Below, in pieces: positions 24,743-37,300 of a stretch of DNA of 64,000 nt. A program made the translations under genes and the position numbers. The stretch lies in assembly GCA_024704765.1 (NCBI GenBank), contig JAKMXF010000014.1, forward strand, positions 1-64,000. Direction: 5' to 3'. This stretch comes from Oopsacas minuta (lineage: Eukaryota > Animalia > Porifera). Each line of letters starts with the position of its first letter. Position 1 is the first letter of the stretch. The notes under the pieces were generated by a model that made no database searches, was not told where the DNA came from, and saw only the letters and a list, made by a program, of their open reading frames with translations.

Positions 24743-25035
24743 GTTTTGATCATCTTTCACACTAACAATGTTATTCATTTGCCTATAATCATAACCTTAT
24801 AATCTATAACAATATATCATTATTATTACTGTACTGACTATACTTTCGTATAAGCCTCAGTATGGACCTCAGTGAAGAGTATAGTAGGGGCTAATAATAT
24901 TGAATATCCTGAAATATTTCATAGATACAGCCAAGGCTAAAGTCAGTCGGGATCCATGGTTATATATACTTTCTGATGAAAATAATCATTTTCTAGTTTG
25001 AGCATATGTACCTCTATTGTGAAACAAGGATTATA

Positions 25036-25152
25036 CAGTATAACCTCGTCAATACGTACACCAAGGGACCGTCGAGATTTGTACTCCTTATCCGGAGTAC
25101 GTATTAACCGAAAATTCGTATTAAATGTGTTCGTATTAACGAGGTTTCACTG
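25036..25152. mobile_element. Tc1/mariner (pogo/Tigger-like) MITE
   Basis: TIRs cagtataacctcgtcaatacg / cgtattaacgaggtttcactg flanked by TA on both sides. Related ends occur at about 10300 and 22330. Confidence 0.75.
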
Positions 25153-25246
25153 TAGATAAATGTGGTTGAGAAATAACTTTTGAAGCTGCCGGTATACTGA
25201 ATTGTGTCTAGAGAAGCGTCTGCCATTTTAGTGGCAGACACTTTCT

Positions 25247-26473
25247 TAGGATAATTTTGAAATGTTCACCAAAAAGGTGTGAATTGATTAATCATATGAT
25301 AAATGTGCATATATACTAATAGAATGTATTGACCAATAGAATTGCAGTCTATGGTCAATACAAATACATTACAGAGCTAATTACATTACATAAACTCCAC
25401 CAGAACTAATTTTATGCATTTATGCTTAATTGTAAACCTACAATTTGATTCTGTTAAAATACAGGTGTCTAAAGGTGTGAAAATGTATACATTATAAATT
25501 TTCAAATGTCAGGTACACAACTAGATGCCACTACGAGTATACATGCCGAATTTGGTGTCTCAATCTCTAAAGGTGTGAACAGCAGAGCGAAAACATACAA
25601 ACATGAATACGTATAATTTAAATTCAAAATTTGTTTATTGACTAGCAGATTATATACTTACAGAATGTAAGAATTAGGGTAACATTAATATTATTATGAT
25701 TTCCTGGAATATTCTAAACTGACAGGTTGGTGGTTAACTTAACAGCTTAAAAGTGATTTTTTTCTGGGGGGTAAGCCCCCACACCCCCCAACTCTACCAG
25801 CCACTGGAGATCCGCCTGTGGATTTGGAACAGATACAATACCAGGTTTAACAGAAAAGCGGGACATAAGGTACTTATTTGTAAGACATCCTGGAGCGTAG
25901 CATACACATGTCAGTGTTGCAGCGGTCCGGGAATTTGATGGACCGGACAGGCCGGCCCAGACCGATAGCATAAACCTGATCAATTCGTGTTCAGCCACCC
26001 TAAAGGCTCAGCATTAAATGGTTGGCTATCTCATTAGTGTTTATACTTTTGCTATATCCAGTGACATACTATATACTAGATAGATAGTCATTAGCTTACG
26101 ATTACAGGCTTATGTGTATAGCATTTATACACTGCAGTTAGAGACTTCGCTTGTCGTAACCATCACGGGACAAGAATGTTATTTATAATATAGAGACTTC
26201 ATGTTAAGCCAAATTATTCGGTAGAAATTTACAGATTCAATAAGGCACTATAATTTCTTGAATGAAATTTCGTGGTTACAGGCGATGATTTGAGATTTTT
26301 ATCCTATTCTAGCAGTGTGTACATAATTATTTCATTAGACCACTCTAATTGAATTAATTGCTAGAGCGTAACTAGAAATCCCTGAGCGAGGAGGCAGGGA
26401 TGAATATTTGCCTCAATATATAGAGGTGATTACAATAAGGAGATAAGGGGAGCCCCGAAAAAGCGAGGAGGCA
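25247..26473 (+). repeat. Non-coding spacer between NHL paralogues C and D, duplicated in inverted orientation at 57388-59249
   Basis: Near-identical reverse complement over about 1.2 kb, e.g. ggataattttgaaatgttcaccaaaaaggtgtga and tcagccaccctaaaggctcagcattaaatggttggctatctca. Confidence 0.9.
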
Positions 26474-26987
26474 GGTGTAAGCGCGATTGAGGGATCTCAT
26501 CCATAAAACACTAGCGATATAGGGAAGGAGGAGAGGCGAACTCGCTAGTGTTATAGGGATCCTTGGTTCAGTGTTCAGAATTTTACCTTGTATTGGTGTA
26601 AACATTCTCTTAAATGTTGCCCAATGTTCTCACCACGTAGCCCTCAGATGTCTGTCTGTCTGTTTAGAAGCGATATATATACGTATATTGACACGACGAA
26701 TCCAAGGCAGAATTCTGAACTAGAGTAATAGTGAATACAATTCACCAATACTATAATTGAATAGTTATTATTCGTTAATTTGATAAAAATCCGTATTTGC
26801 AACTACATATCGCTTCTAAAGACACAGACCAACCTCTGGGAGGCAGGGAGACTTGCATTCGGGTAGGGGCCCTATTGCGCTGGATAGGGCCCCTACCCGA
26901 AGGCAAATCATTAGATTCGCCTCTCCCACTTATAGAGGTTTCTACTGGATCTATTGTTTAGGGGGCGCTGCATTAGGTCGAATTACG

Positions 26988-27935
26988 ATGTTGGCATTAG
27001 GTGGAATTCTGTGTGTTGGCATAAGGTCGAATTTAATATGTCAATCCGAGACTGACATATTTCTCACCCGCACTTTCCCTCCTCAAGTGAAGCCTGTTGC
27101 ACATAACTATAAGGCTAAACAGAGGCCTATAGCTTACTGTTGTAAGAAATCAGTGGACCAGAAAGCTCCAGGAGAACTGAACTGTCCCAAGGGTATAGCA
27201 GTTCTTAACCAAACTGGAGACATATACATAGCGGATTATTGCAACCATCGTGTACAAGTATTTAGCAGTAACGGAGACTATCTCTTCATGTTCAGTGAGA
27301 AGATGAACAAACCAATAGGTATCTGTATATCTCAGAATAAAGTGTTTGTTACGCAATTGTTTGGTAATTGTATTAACATGTACGAGCTAGAAGGGAAACT
27401 AATCAAGAGTGTTGGTAGTAGAGGGAATGGAGAAGCTCAGTTCTACCTTCCACACGGACTAGATGTCTCTGATAGAAATCGCAATGTGTACGTATGTGAT
27501 TTTCTGAATAATCGAGTTCAAATATTTAGTCAAGAACTCAAGTTCCATTCCATCCTAGGAAAAGACTTGTTTAATCATCCACGTGACGTTAAGGTTACAA
27601 GAGACAGAGTATTGGTACTAGATTATAGTGATCCGTGTATGTTTGTGTTCAATTCAGATCATATTCTAACCAACAGACTGATAACTAGAGGTGGTGGCAA
27701 ACAAACAAACTTTCCATACTGTTTCGACATAGACATAGACTATAACATGATTATGAGTGACTACAGTAATCACTGTGTGTACGTATTCAATCAGGAGGGA
27801 GAACAGATCCACAAGTTTGGGAAGGAAGGTCAGGGTATCGGGGAGTTCTGTCGTCCATGGGGAATAGCACTAAACTGCACAGGACACATTATAGTTGTGT
27901 GTCATAAGAAAACTAATTGTCTACAATTTTTTTGA
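26988..27935 (+). CDS. 5'-truncated NHL paralogue D lacking the coiled coil (315 aa from the first ATG; may be a pseudogene)
   Basis: The propeller is intact and in frame, but the native start and coiled coil are absent. The first in-frame ATG (26988) lies in foreign sequence; the ORF-track start at 26853 is a TTG. Confidence 0.7.
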   Translation: MLALGGILCVGIRSNLICQSETDIFLTRTFPPQVKPVAHNYKAKQRPIAYCCKKSVDQKAPGELNCPKGIAVLNQTGDIYIADYCNHRVQVFSSNGDYLFMFSEKMNKPIGICISQNKVFVTQLFGNCINMYELEGKLIKSVGSRGNGEAQFYLPHGLDVSDRNRNVYVCDFLNNRVQIFSQELKFHSILGKDLFNHPRDVKVTRDRVLVLDYSDPCMFVFNSDHILTNRLITRGGGKQTNFPYCFDIDIDYNMIMSDYSNHCVYVFNQEGEQIHKFGKEGQGIGEFCRPWGIALNCTGHIIVVCHKKTNCLQFF

Positions 27936-28235
27936 GTTTTGATCATCTTTTACACAAACATGTTATTCATTTGCTATAATCACGACCTTATAATCTATAC
28001 AATTATACATATTTTTCATTATTCTTACTTTACTGAAATAATAATGATATACGTGGATAAAATGATAGAATGATATGATAAGAATAGATCTAGGAATATT
28101 TATTTTAAGTATTGTTTATTAGAAGAGTGTGTAAGTGTTACAGCCTCATTCCTTTGTATTTTGAAAAGGGTGATATAGGGGTTAACTTAGATATTCCATA
28201 AGTTGTAATTTATTTTCATTTATTTCATGCTCTGT

Positions 28236-28371
28236 CAGGGGCGGATTGGGGAAATTAAACGGCCCTGGAAAAATATGTGGTCAATAAGTCATCAAACCAC
28301 AGGCCCATCAGAACATGGTTCCACCGGATCATCTGACAATTGCCCGGCGTCCGATGGCCCAATCCGCTCTG
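28236..28371. mobile_element. Degenerate TIR element just upstream of DNAJB12
   Basis: caggggcggattggg ... cccaatccgctctg ends; no clear TSD. Confidence 0.45.
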
Positions 28372-28422
28372 CTTTGCATTACTAACATAATCAAAGAATT
28401 TCTGTCGTTATAGCTATATAAT

Positions 28423-29544
28423 ATGGAGGGAAATAGAGACGAAGCTATTCGTTGTTTAGACCTAGCAATAAAAGCTAGAAAAGAAGGAGACCTCGGTAAG
28501 TGTACAAGATTAGCTAACAAATCTCTGAGATTATTTCCTACGAAAAGTGCAGAGAGATTTATCAAGGAAATATTAGAATCAGAACAGCCACAGACCGAGA
28601 ACACTTCACCTCCCGCTAGCACTACAAATAACCAGAATAACAATGTACAACAACCTGATGCAGATACCTTATCAGAGATTAACCGTATTCTATCATGTAA
28701 GAACCTTTACGACATTCTCAATATACCACACGATGCTACACAAGCTGATATAAAGAAACAGTATAGAAAATATGCTTTGAGATTCCACCCTGATAAATGT
28801 ACTGCTCCCAGGGCTACAGACGCGTTCAAGGCGATTGGTCGCTCATTCAGCATTCTTTCTGACTCTGATAAGCGACGGAAATATGACGTAATGGGAGACG
28901 AGACTGATAACGATATTCATCACCATGGTATGCATGAATCATTCTTCAGTGAAGAAATGGATCCATTTGACCTATTTGCTAACATGTTTATGCATGGTGA
29001 TCTTGGTGGTGGATTCTTAAGGAATGGCAGAGCATACCGTAATATTAGAATTAACCCCAGAAACGGCCAGAGAGTATTCACTTATTCTACGAATCAGAGA
29101 CATCAAAATCATGCTAACCAAAACCAACAGGAATTCCATATAGGCAATATTCTACCTATCTTACCATTACTATTCCTATTATTATGGTCGCTTTTTAGTA
29201 ACTTTATATTCACTGATAATACTCCATACTCTTTCCAGAGATCTAATCATCATTCAGTACAAAGACAGCTAGGAGGTTCTGACAGTTATTTATACTACGT
29301 ACATACAGATTTTGTGAAAGAGTATAATACTAATGAAAAGGTTAAACAGATAGAAAACTCTGTATTATCTGATCTACTATACTACTATGGACAGAGGTGT
29401 CAGCATGATATACAGGTTAAGAAACAGCAAGTATACTTTGCGAAATTACGCGGGGATTCTAATGGAATACGAGAAGCAGAGAATATGACTACACCTGGAT
29501 GTTCTAACCTCAAAGAATTGCAGGAAATACGATCTAGGGGTTGA
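28423..29544 (+). CDS. DNAJB12: ER membrane J-protein DNAJB12/DNAJB14 homologue, intronless
   Basis: Diagnostic N-terminus MEGNRDEAIRC..KSLRLFPT; J-domain with HPD (RFHPDK); G/F-rich linker; single TM; luminal DUF1977-like C-terminus with conserved cysteines. Confidence 0.9.
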   Translation: MEGNRDEAIRCLDLAIKARKEGDLGKCTRLANKSLRLFPTKSAERFIKEILESEQPQTENTSPPASTTNNQNNNVQQPDADTLSEINRILSCKNLYDILNIPHDATQADIKKQYRKYALRFHPDKCTAPRATDAFKAIGRSFSILSDSDKRRKYDVMGDETDNDIHHHGMHESFFSEEMDPFDLFANMFMHGDLGGGFLRNGRAYRNIRINPRNGQRVFTYSTNQRHQNHANQNQQEFHIGNILPILPLLFLLLWSLFSNFIFTDNTPYSFQRSNHHSVQRQLGGSDSYLYYVHTDFVKEYNTNEKVKQIENSVLSDLLYYYGQRCQHDIQVKKQQVYFAKLRGDSNGIREAENMTTPGCSNLKELQEIRSRG

Positions 29545-30231
29545 ATAGTGAATGAAGATTTGCTATTTTGGAATATTTAGGAAAGGTATGCCTGTGTATT
29601 ATAATATTAACATATTCAACTCTTTGACTATATTATTGAGATTATTTATGGTATAATGTTTTGTACTGATTTAAATTACTTGCTCAATAATGTTTGTTTT
29701 CATTTTAGTACTGACTCTAACACAAGGGAATCATCACAATCCTCGTACTCAGTGTCCTGGCCGTCCTTATACCTTGATATGGCGTTTTCCAATCTCTTAA
29801 TATAATGCATTTTTGGCGTTGACATTTTACATGGATACAGTGATAAATTTGAAAATCCAGGAACTTTTTATAAGATCACCGGATATAAGTATATCCTCTT
29901 GGAAACGGTTCTCATAAATTCCTATATAATTTATACCTGTTATAAGAACCTGTATTGCGACTGCCAAGTGTGTTCTTACAACCAGCATTCACTGTACAAT
30001 ATAGATCCCTTGGTGTATTTATTAACGAGAGTCTACAGTTGGTTTCTAAATTGACATTTTAAGCATTTGGCTGAATATGTCATTCGTCTCTAGCCAAGGA
30101 AACTTATCTCTATCATAAAAATTTCGACAATAAAGATGACAATCATATTCTATTTTAATATATCTCACTCTTTAGAGTATACATAATTACATATTACGTA
30201 TACTCATTCTAAAATATTCACTACCCTAGCG

Positions 30232-31698
30232 ATGCATCTAGTACAAAGGTATGTATCCTGTTTAACTGGGCCGCAACTGTATTACACATATTTAGATGGG
30301 ACTCAGTCACCGTATCAGTATAATCGCATAGAAAGGTGGTCAGATCCACCAATCAGATTCTTCACTCGTTTCTATACACTCCTAATACTGTGTAGTCCTG
30401 TATGCTTATTCATACCATTTGGAGGGTTTATTATTCCAGGATTCCTCGTGGTTCTATCCATCCTGTATCTACTCAGAGGTGTAGGGAGAGTACGTAGTCC
30501 AGTTTATAGAAAGTTCATTACAGATTTACTTAATGATATCAAACAATGTAGAGAGAAAATGTATTACGAAACAACCAAGTTATATGATTTTGATATTTCT
30601 GTACTTCCTCCATTGTACTGTCAAAATCAATCCAAATTGTGTCCAGAAATACATATTCAACCTAAACACCATTTGGATTGGCTGCTAGCTATTCTATTGT
30701 CATGTTTTGTTTATCCAGGAAGTATAAGATTTACATATTACTCGAAATCAAAGGAGCTCTCGAAATCTCGCTATAATATATTAACGAAATATAATGGATT
30801 ACGAGCTAGATTAGGTTGTAATAGCCGTCAGTTAATAGACACAATATATGCGGCATCAGCTAATAGCAGAGAAAATATATTAGTAATAGCTTGTAAGGGT
30901 AATTACAGTTTCTATGAGTCACGCGGTATGACGTCATGGATCACGCGGGGTTACGCGTGTATAGGATGGAATCATTGTGGGTATGGTTACAGTACAGGGT
31001 CCCCAACAGGTCGCCAGGAGATGGAGGCGATAATAACTATTGTGTCATATGCTGTTGAAGTATTGAAGTATCCTATTGATAGCATCTTGTTACATGGTAA
31101 TTCTATTGGTGGATTTACTGCTTGTTATGCATGTGCTGCTTTCCCGAGTATCCGTGGTTTAATTCTTGAGTCTACTTTTGATGATATCAATTGTCTAGTG
31201 TCTGCTCTAGTACCGCGGTTTCTACCACGTAATTTGATAAAAATCGCACTACGCTATTGTTATGATCTAAACAATATTGTATATTTGATACAGTACGGAG
31301 GGCCAATAACTATGATACGTAAAACTGATGATACGCTTATGAGAAGTGAAGCGGGAAATATAGGGAGTAATAGAGCCAATTTCTTACTGCTTGCGGTTAT
31401 GAAAGAGAGATATAGTGATTTGTTTGTAAATAAGGATTGTATTGAAAGTGTGAAAATCTGGTTAAATGCCGATCAGGATATGAGAAATGAAATTGAGAAG
31501 AGTTTGAATAAAGTTCAATGTGTGTCACATCTAACACATTTTGATTTAACAACTTTGCTAAATGTGAGTGAAGATTTTAAGAAAGAACTCGCGGTTTTTA
31601 TCGCAACTCAATTTATGAAAAATCAGAATTCTGCACATTCTACGAATATTAGTGGTAGTTTCTATAAACCTCCAGCGCACATTCCATGGAACAATTAA
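30232..31698 (+). CDS. ABHD16A: ABHD16A (BAT5)-like phosphatidylserine lipase, intronless
   Basis: CLTGPQLY N-terminus, TM segment, GWNHCGYGYSTG, nucleophile motif GNSIGG, LESTFDD, C-terminal His (SAHST). Confidence 0.88.
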   Translation: MHLVQRYVSCLTGPQLYYTYLDGTQSPYQYNRIERWSDPPIRFFTRFYTLLILCSPVCLFIPFGGFIIPGFLVVLSILYLLRGVGRVRSPVYRKFITDLLNDIKQCREKMYYETTKLYDFDISVLPPLYCQNQSKLCPEIHIQPKHHLDWLLAILLSCFVYPGSIRFTYYSKSKELSKSRYNILTKYNGLRARLGCNSRQLIDTIYAASANSRENILVIACKGNYSFYESRGMTSWITRGYACIGWNHCGYGYSTGSPTGRQEMEAIITIVSYAVEVLKYPIDSILLHGNSIGGFTACYACAAFPSIRGLILESTFDDINCLVSALVPRFLPRNLIKIALRYCYDLNNIVYLIQYGGPITMIRKTDDTLMRSEAGNIGSNRANFLLLAVMKERYSDLFVNKDCIESVKIWLNADQDMRNEIEKSLNKVQCVSHLTHFDLTTLLNVSEDFKKELAVFIATQFMKNQNSAHSTNISGSFYKPPAHIPWNN

Positions 31699-33358
31699 TG
31701 TTGCTAAGCTATTGTATTATATTTGATCAAACTTTTGTATTAAAATGGGTTTTATTTATTTTTTTATTTTATTTTTATCTTTTCGATTAATTTCCTCTAA
31801 TACCTTCGGAGCCGTTCAAACGATAATTATGTAACGCAAAATTTCATAATTTTGTCCACTCCCCTCCCTGTGTCACGCTATTTCACCGTTTTGTAATACA
31901 AAAAGAATGGGTCTGTTACACTTCGCCCCCTCCCCTCGTAGCGTTACTTAACGTCTTAACGGCCCTTGAATAATGTTGCAAAAGATCGATTTAAACGTAG
32001 GAAGGTACGAAAATTCCAGATACGTGATTTCCAAGAGACCATATTTCCGAGACCAAATTTCCGGATACGAAAGTTCCGCCATTCATTCGCGCGCTAATTT
32101 AATCTATTTCAAATGTTCTACGGTTCTACCCCTCAAAATCGCGCTACTTTCATTCGTCCCTAAGTGATTTCCTTCCTTGTTACTTCCGTTCTGTTAATTT
32201 AATAGAGCTATAATTTCCTGTAATTAAGTACTAATATTATTCTTACCATTATAGATCCAAGAAGAATACTTTTGTATTACGTAAAGAACTCAGGTAAGAT
32301 ATTTAATTATTATCTATATTTGGCTTGGTGAATTTACTTTATCTTGTTGCCTTACAATTGCAGATATTTTGTATTTGATTACATTAAGTCTTATCTTATC
32401 GCTAAATTTTGAATTGTAAGATATTATAATTTTGGGTAAGAAATGTTGCCAAACTATTGCACTTTTTGTATGGATTATACAGCTAACGACACAAAATGAG
32501 AGAAGGAATTAGCCCAGTTTGGCTCCTGAGTTTTTATCACAATAGTGACTGGTTGTATGTCCAATTATGCTTGTTAATGAATATACTAACAATCGAACCT
32601 CCGAGATCCGGGAACTTCCCTAAGACGCGTATGATTTCTAACAAATTCAAAATGTATTCGCCAATTTAGCTAATTTCCCTTAATAGAATTGACTTTTGGT
32701 GCATTCAAATACATTTCTACGTTCCTTAGCCACTACCAATGTGAGATATTAATAATTGTGATTAGAACTCTTTATGACTCTATAGAGCCATAGAGGTAGT
32801 GTTAGATTACGCTACCTGGATCTTTCCAGGTTTACCTCCACATTCATTATACATTCCTGGGGCGTAACTATAAATGCCAGAGCGAGCAGGCAGAGATGAA
32901 TAATCCCTAATATTAGGAAAAGGTCAAAGGAAACCAAATATGTTTTACATGAAGTCATATTGAATTGTTACTATATAGTGCTTGGTAATTAAAGGGGGAT
33001 CATTTGTACCAAACCTTGACGATTTGGTACATATGGTTCCGGGGCCAAATATCTAGCTGGGCCATATGTACCAGAACACGTTGTCAAGGAAAGGATTTAT
33101 GGAATGTTGAATTCGAAATTCACAATTCTGAGTTGTCACATAACTATCGATTTATCGTGTTTATCAACAAATAGAACAGAATTTAATATAACTTGACTGA
33201 ATTTATCGAATATGCTGAATCCGATTTTAACACTTTTGCATTAATCATATGTTTGTTGTTTTTATGATAATTTAGTCTACAAATATTTGAAATATTAATT
33301 CCTTTTATGGTCCCCCTGGATATTTGGTCCCGAAGGACCATTTATACCAAATTATATG

Positions 33359-33471
33359 CAGTGGTTCCCAACCTTTTCAACCTGTGGACCCTTATTCCAA
33401 TTTTAACACATTCTGTGTGCCCCTCCCATAGATTGTAATAGATCATCAGGACCGTAGGTTTAGGACCGTTG
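33359..33471. mobile_element. Degenerate second copy of the hAT MITE at 17515-17635
   Basis: cagtggttcccaaccttttca and ccaattttaacacattct are shared with the 17515 copy; the right TIR is eroded. Confidence 0.6.
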
Positions 33472-33969
33472 CTCTAATGTGACTTAATCAAGCTTATCCG
33501 ACTGTAAATCTGTAATTCAATAAAATTCCTGAAATGAATTATTCGAAATATCACTATTCTAATTCATAACACATTTGTGAATTTTGTTCTGAAGCTATGA
33601 TGTGTGTTTTAGGTTCCTCTAGATATCGTAACCAATCTTGGTACGCTGGGAATGTCTGACTCGTCCAGAGCCTTACCCGTAATTTATCATTATCAGTTGA
33701 TCACCTGGTACTACCCTCGATTTGTCCTCTTCAAGTTTCGATATAATGTTTTCGACGTTGGGTCCAATTGGGCAGGTTCACGACCCTAACGTATAGCTTC
33801 CGGGCTGTCCAATGAGTCCAACACGAGTTCTATTCTCCTAATTCACATCTCGTATCAGTCACTAAAATATCGTGTGTAGAATTGTCTTTCCCGCTAGCCA
33901 AATTTCTTTGTAAGATACATACTTCAGTTGGTTAGTTTAATATATTAAATTTCAAAATAGCTCCGTATG

Positions 33970-34182
33970 TAACCTTAACTAATAAGATTCCTAATACCCT
34001 GACAATATACGGATTTACTTTCACAATGAATTATTATTTATAACTTTAACTAATAAGATTCCTAATACCCTGACAATATACGGATTTACTATCACAATGA
34101 ATTATTATTTGTAACTTTAACTAATAAGATTCCTAATACCCTGACAATTTGCAGATTTACTATCACAATGAATTATTATTTT
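33970..34182. repeat. Tandem repeat, 3 x 71 bp, about 200 bp upstream of the receptor ATG
   Basis: Unit taac[c/t]ttaactaataagattcctaataccctgacaat..gatttact.tcacaatgaattattattt starts at 33970, 34041 and 34112. Confidence 0.9.
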
Positions 34183-34375
34183 ATCACTGTGTAAGAAATT
34201 TTCCCAAACTATCAATGTTTTTGCGAAAAAAATTGCTATTGTCAGGACTTTTTCCTAACTCCAACGTTTTTCGTTTCTAATATAAATGCCCCAACTTTTT
34301 ACTTAATTCCAACTTAAAATATTTTCAATAATCTTTTCATTTCCAAAAATCAATAAAACGATTCCAACTAATATT

Positions 34376-37300
34376 ATGGCATTTCATATCTTCGCCATAA
34401 TATCTCTACTATTATTGCTGACTAAAGGTATACTATTATATTACATATTTTCACTTATAATAATGCTTACTATTTTCAATATATTTATTACTTACAACTA
34501 GCTTTATTCATTAATGAATTAATATAAATAATTACAGTTTTCATTTTTAGAAAAGTATTTGTACGATTAAATAGCAAATCTTTACGTAAACACAATTCAA
34601 GTTATCCTTTATTGTCTTAACGAATGATTAAATATTAGTTAGATTTATTTATCGTATAACTTTTAACAAACATATCCGAGTGACGTCATTTATTCTACGT
34701 GTATTGTTAAGTCATAAACTTAGCTAGTGTTTTATTGCATTTATAATTATCACATGCATTAACGTGTAGAATTTAACTATCAACTAATTTACATTATAGA
34801 TTTATCAGTTAGCTATTAACACGTCGGCAGCTTCGAAATTGATCTGGTCTGGCCATTGAACTCTTTTGTGTCTTCACCGAAGGTCTATGCCGCATTTACA
34901 CAGGGGGTCAGGGGGAAGCGTACCCCCACTGCTGGTCTGTCGGCTGGACATTTTTTTCGATTCAATAATCGACGTCCAATGTATAGAGGGAGGCTACAAG
35001 TATCTTAATTGAATTTTATAGTTTTAGTGCTAGATTTCATTAACTAACTGAACTAATAGTTTCTCATCAAAAGAAATCCATTCAAGTATTCTTAATTAAT
35101 TAATTAAAACTAACAGCTGACGAATGAAATTGAAACATAACTTTTCTATTAATATTATAACCTATGGCCATCCATGATCCAGGGGGTATATACGTGTAAC
35201 TCAACAAAAATATTGTTTAATATGAATCGCTATTAATTTGTTTAACCACGCAAACTATTCAAAATGTTTTCTTTTAGGAAGCATTGGACAAACAACATGT
35301 GATGTATCAGCTAACGGCACATGCTACCTCTTTGTTAAGGAGTCTGCAGATTGGCAAACTTCGGAGGACTATTGTGAGACATGGGGTGGTCACTTGGTTA
35401 GTATTCATAATGATGAAGAACTGGATGTAGTTAGTACGCTGACGAACGGATACTATATTTGGATCGGAATGACAGACAGTGCCACTGAAAGCGTTTGGGA
35501 GTGGGTTGACGGTTCCAACAATGCCTATAATCAGTTTACCCGAGATCCTCCCTATGATTACTACGGTAATCAGGACTGTGCAATCATGTATTCTTATAGC
35601 TATGATTACTACTACTCATACTACTACTACTATATGCGCTCTTACACGTATTTGTATTGGGATGATTCCTACTGTCATTACACCAGGTATTCTGTATGCA
35701 GTCAAGTTGGTGAGTTTTCTTTAATATTAATTAACCCGCTTCGCTTGCTATGCCCCTCCGTGGCGGGAAATTGATGTTTGGTACTCTCGAATTTATCATG
35801 GTTCATCCAAAATAATTATTATGAGATGTTGTGTGATATTAGAACTTCTACTTACCATTTAGTTATTGAACTTCGTACTTCATGCCTCAAGTATTGAGAA
35901 ATTCTCAAAATTTTCAGTGTGTGAATTTTCGTCCAAGACTTGGCTTTTCCGAGCAAGACCCAAAATATCCTTAAATTCCAAAGCCATAAGGGTCTTCAAT
36001 AAATTCCTAACATATTTACATCCTAATATATTTTCCTGATAATACAAATATATTTGTTGCTAAGTTCTTTGAAAATAGCCATAAAATCTGAATACGTATA
36101 TTAAGGATAATATTATATATTCTAATTTCGTTTAGTACCAATGCCATCTGAACCTCGTAGCCTTGAAGTAGCAAATGCAACCTCAACCAGTTTGACAATT
36201 AAATGGGAGGCTCCTCTTGAACATAACGATTCACTAACTCAGTATTCTGTTAAATATTACGGTCAAGAGCTTGACACTGAAGAGAGGGAGATAGTAATCA
36301 CACAATCCTTACTTGAGAATCAAGTATTCACGATCTACGATCTAGAGGAAGCTAATGAATATACTATATCTGTAGCAGCTTCTACTGCAGGAGGAGCTGG
36401 TAGTGCTTTAACCATCATGAATCAAATGACGTTGGAAGATGGTAAGTATGCTAATACCTTCGAATAATACTCTATAGTGATCTTTGTACAATTTTTCTAT
36501 TTTCTATATACTTAACCGTTAAACCAAGGTTGATTGATCGAACCAAATACTGAACTATTCTGTTGCGAATTGTGTACCTCCTTGCGAAATCGTGGAATTG
36601 TCCTTTACAATATTTATAAATTTTATTTGACAATGATTTCGACATTAATCTACATCTTTCCTAATTTCTAGTTCCTTCTCTTGCACCTACTATTGAAGGT
36701 GCTTATTCATCTGTCGCAACTGAGATAGAGTTAACTTGGAATCCACCAGAGCTTGAATATCGTAACGGTATAATAACTCAGTATACTATTAGCTATGAAG
36801 GGAGAACAAGAGACACTAATCTTCGTGAAATAACAAGAGATGCAACTCTACCAAGAATGCTTACATTGACTAACTTAGAAGAATACAATCAGTATAAGAT
36901 TGAGATTACAGCTAATACAGCTGTTGGAGCTGGACCTGCTGCTGCTTCGTTCGTTAGGACAGCTGCTGATGGTGAGTTAGTTTATTTAAAATATGATTAA
37001 AATAACAATAAGAAGTATGGGGATAAATAACAATAAGAAGTATAGGGATAAATAACAATAAGAAGTATAGGGATAAATAACAATAAGAAGTATAGGGATA
37101 AATAACAATAAGAAGTATAGGGATAAATAACAAACAAGCAAACATAGCATTTTCACATTTTACTATAATACCTCAAAGAGATATTTTTATATATATAATT
37201 ATTTCAAATAGCTCCAAGTGCGCCAGTAACAAACCATACAGTATCACCTCTAACATCAACGGAATTATTCGTGTCATGGAATCCTCCAGCTCTGGAAGAC

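Noticed and set aside
25747-26605. ORFs 25747-25998, 26372-26605 and their counterparts 57862-58071, 57125-57430 as conserved genes
   Set aside because: They lie in the duplicated repeat-rich spacer, use non-ATG or inconsistent starts, differ in stop position between copies, and match no domain.
31973-32294. ORF 31973-32167 and a small AG..GT-bounded segment near 32256-32294 as coding exons of the receptor
   Set aside because: The receptor already has a signal-peptide exon at 34376. These may be non-coding 5' exons, but the sequence alone cannot support that.
37001-37133. 25-bp and 71-bp (33970-34182) repeats as CRISPR arrays
   Set aside because: The units are head to tail with no unique spacers, there are no cas genes, and the context is eukaryotic.
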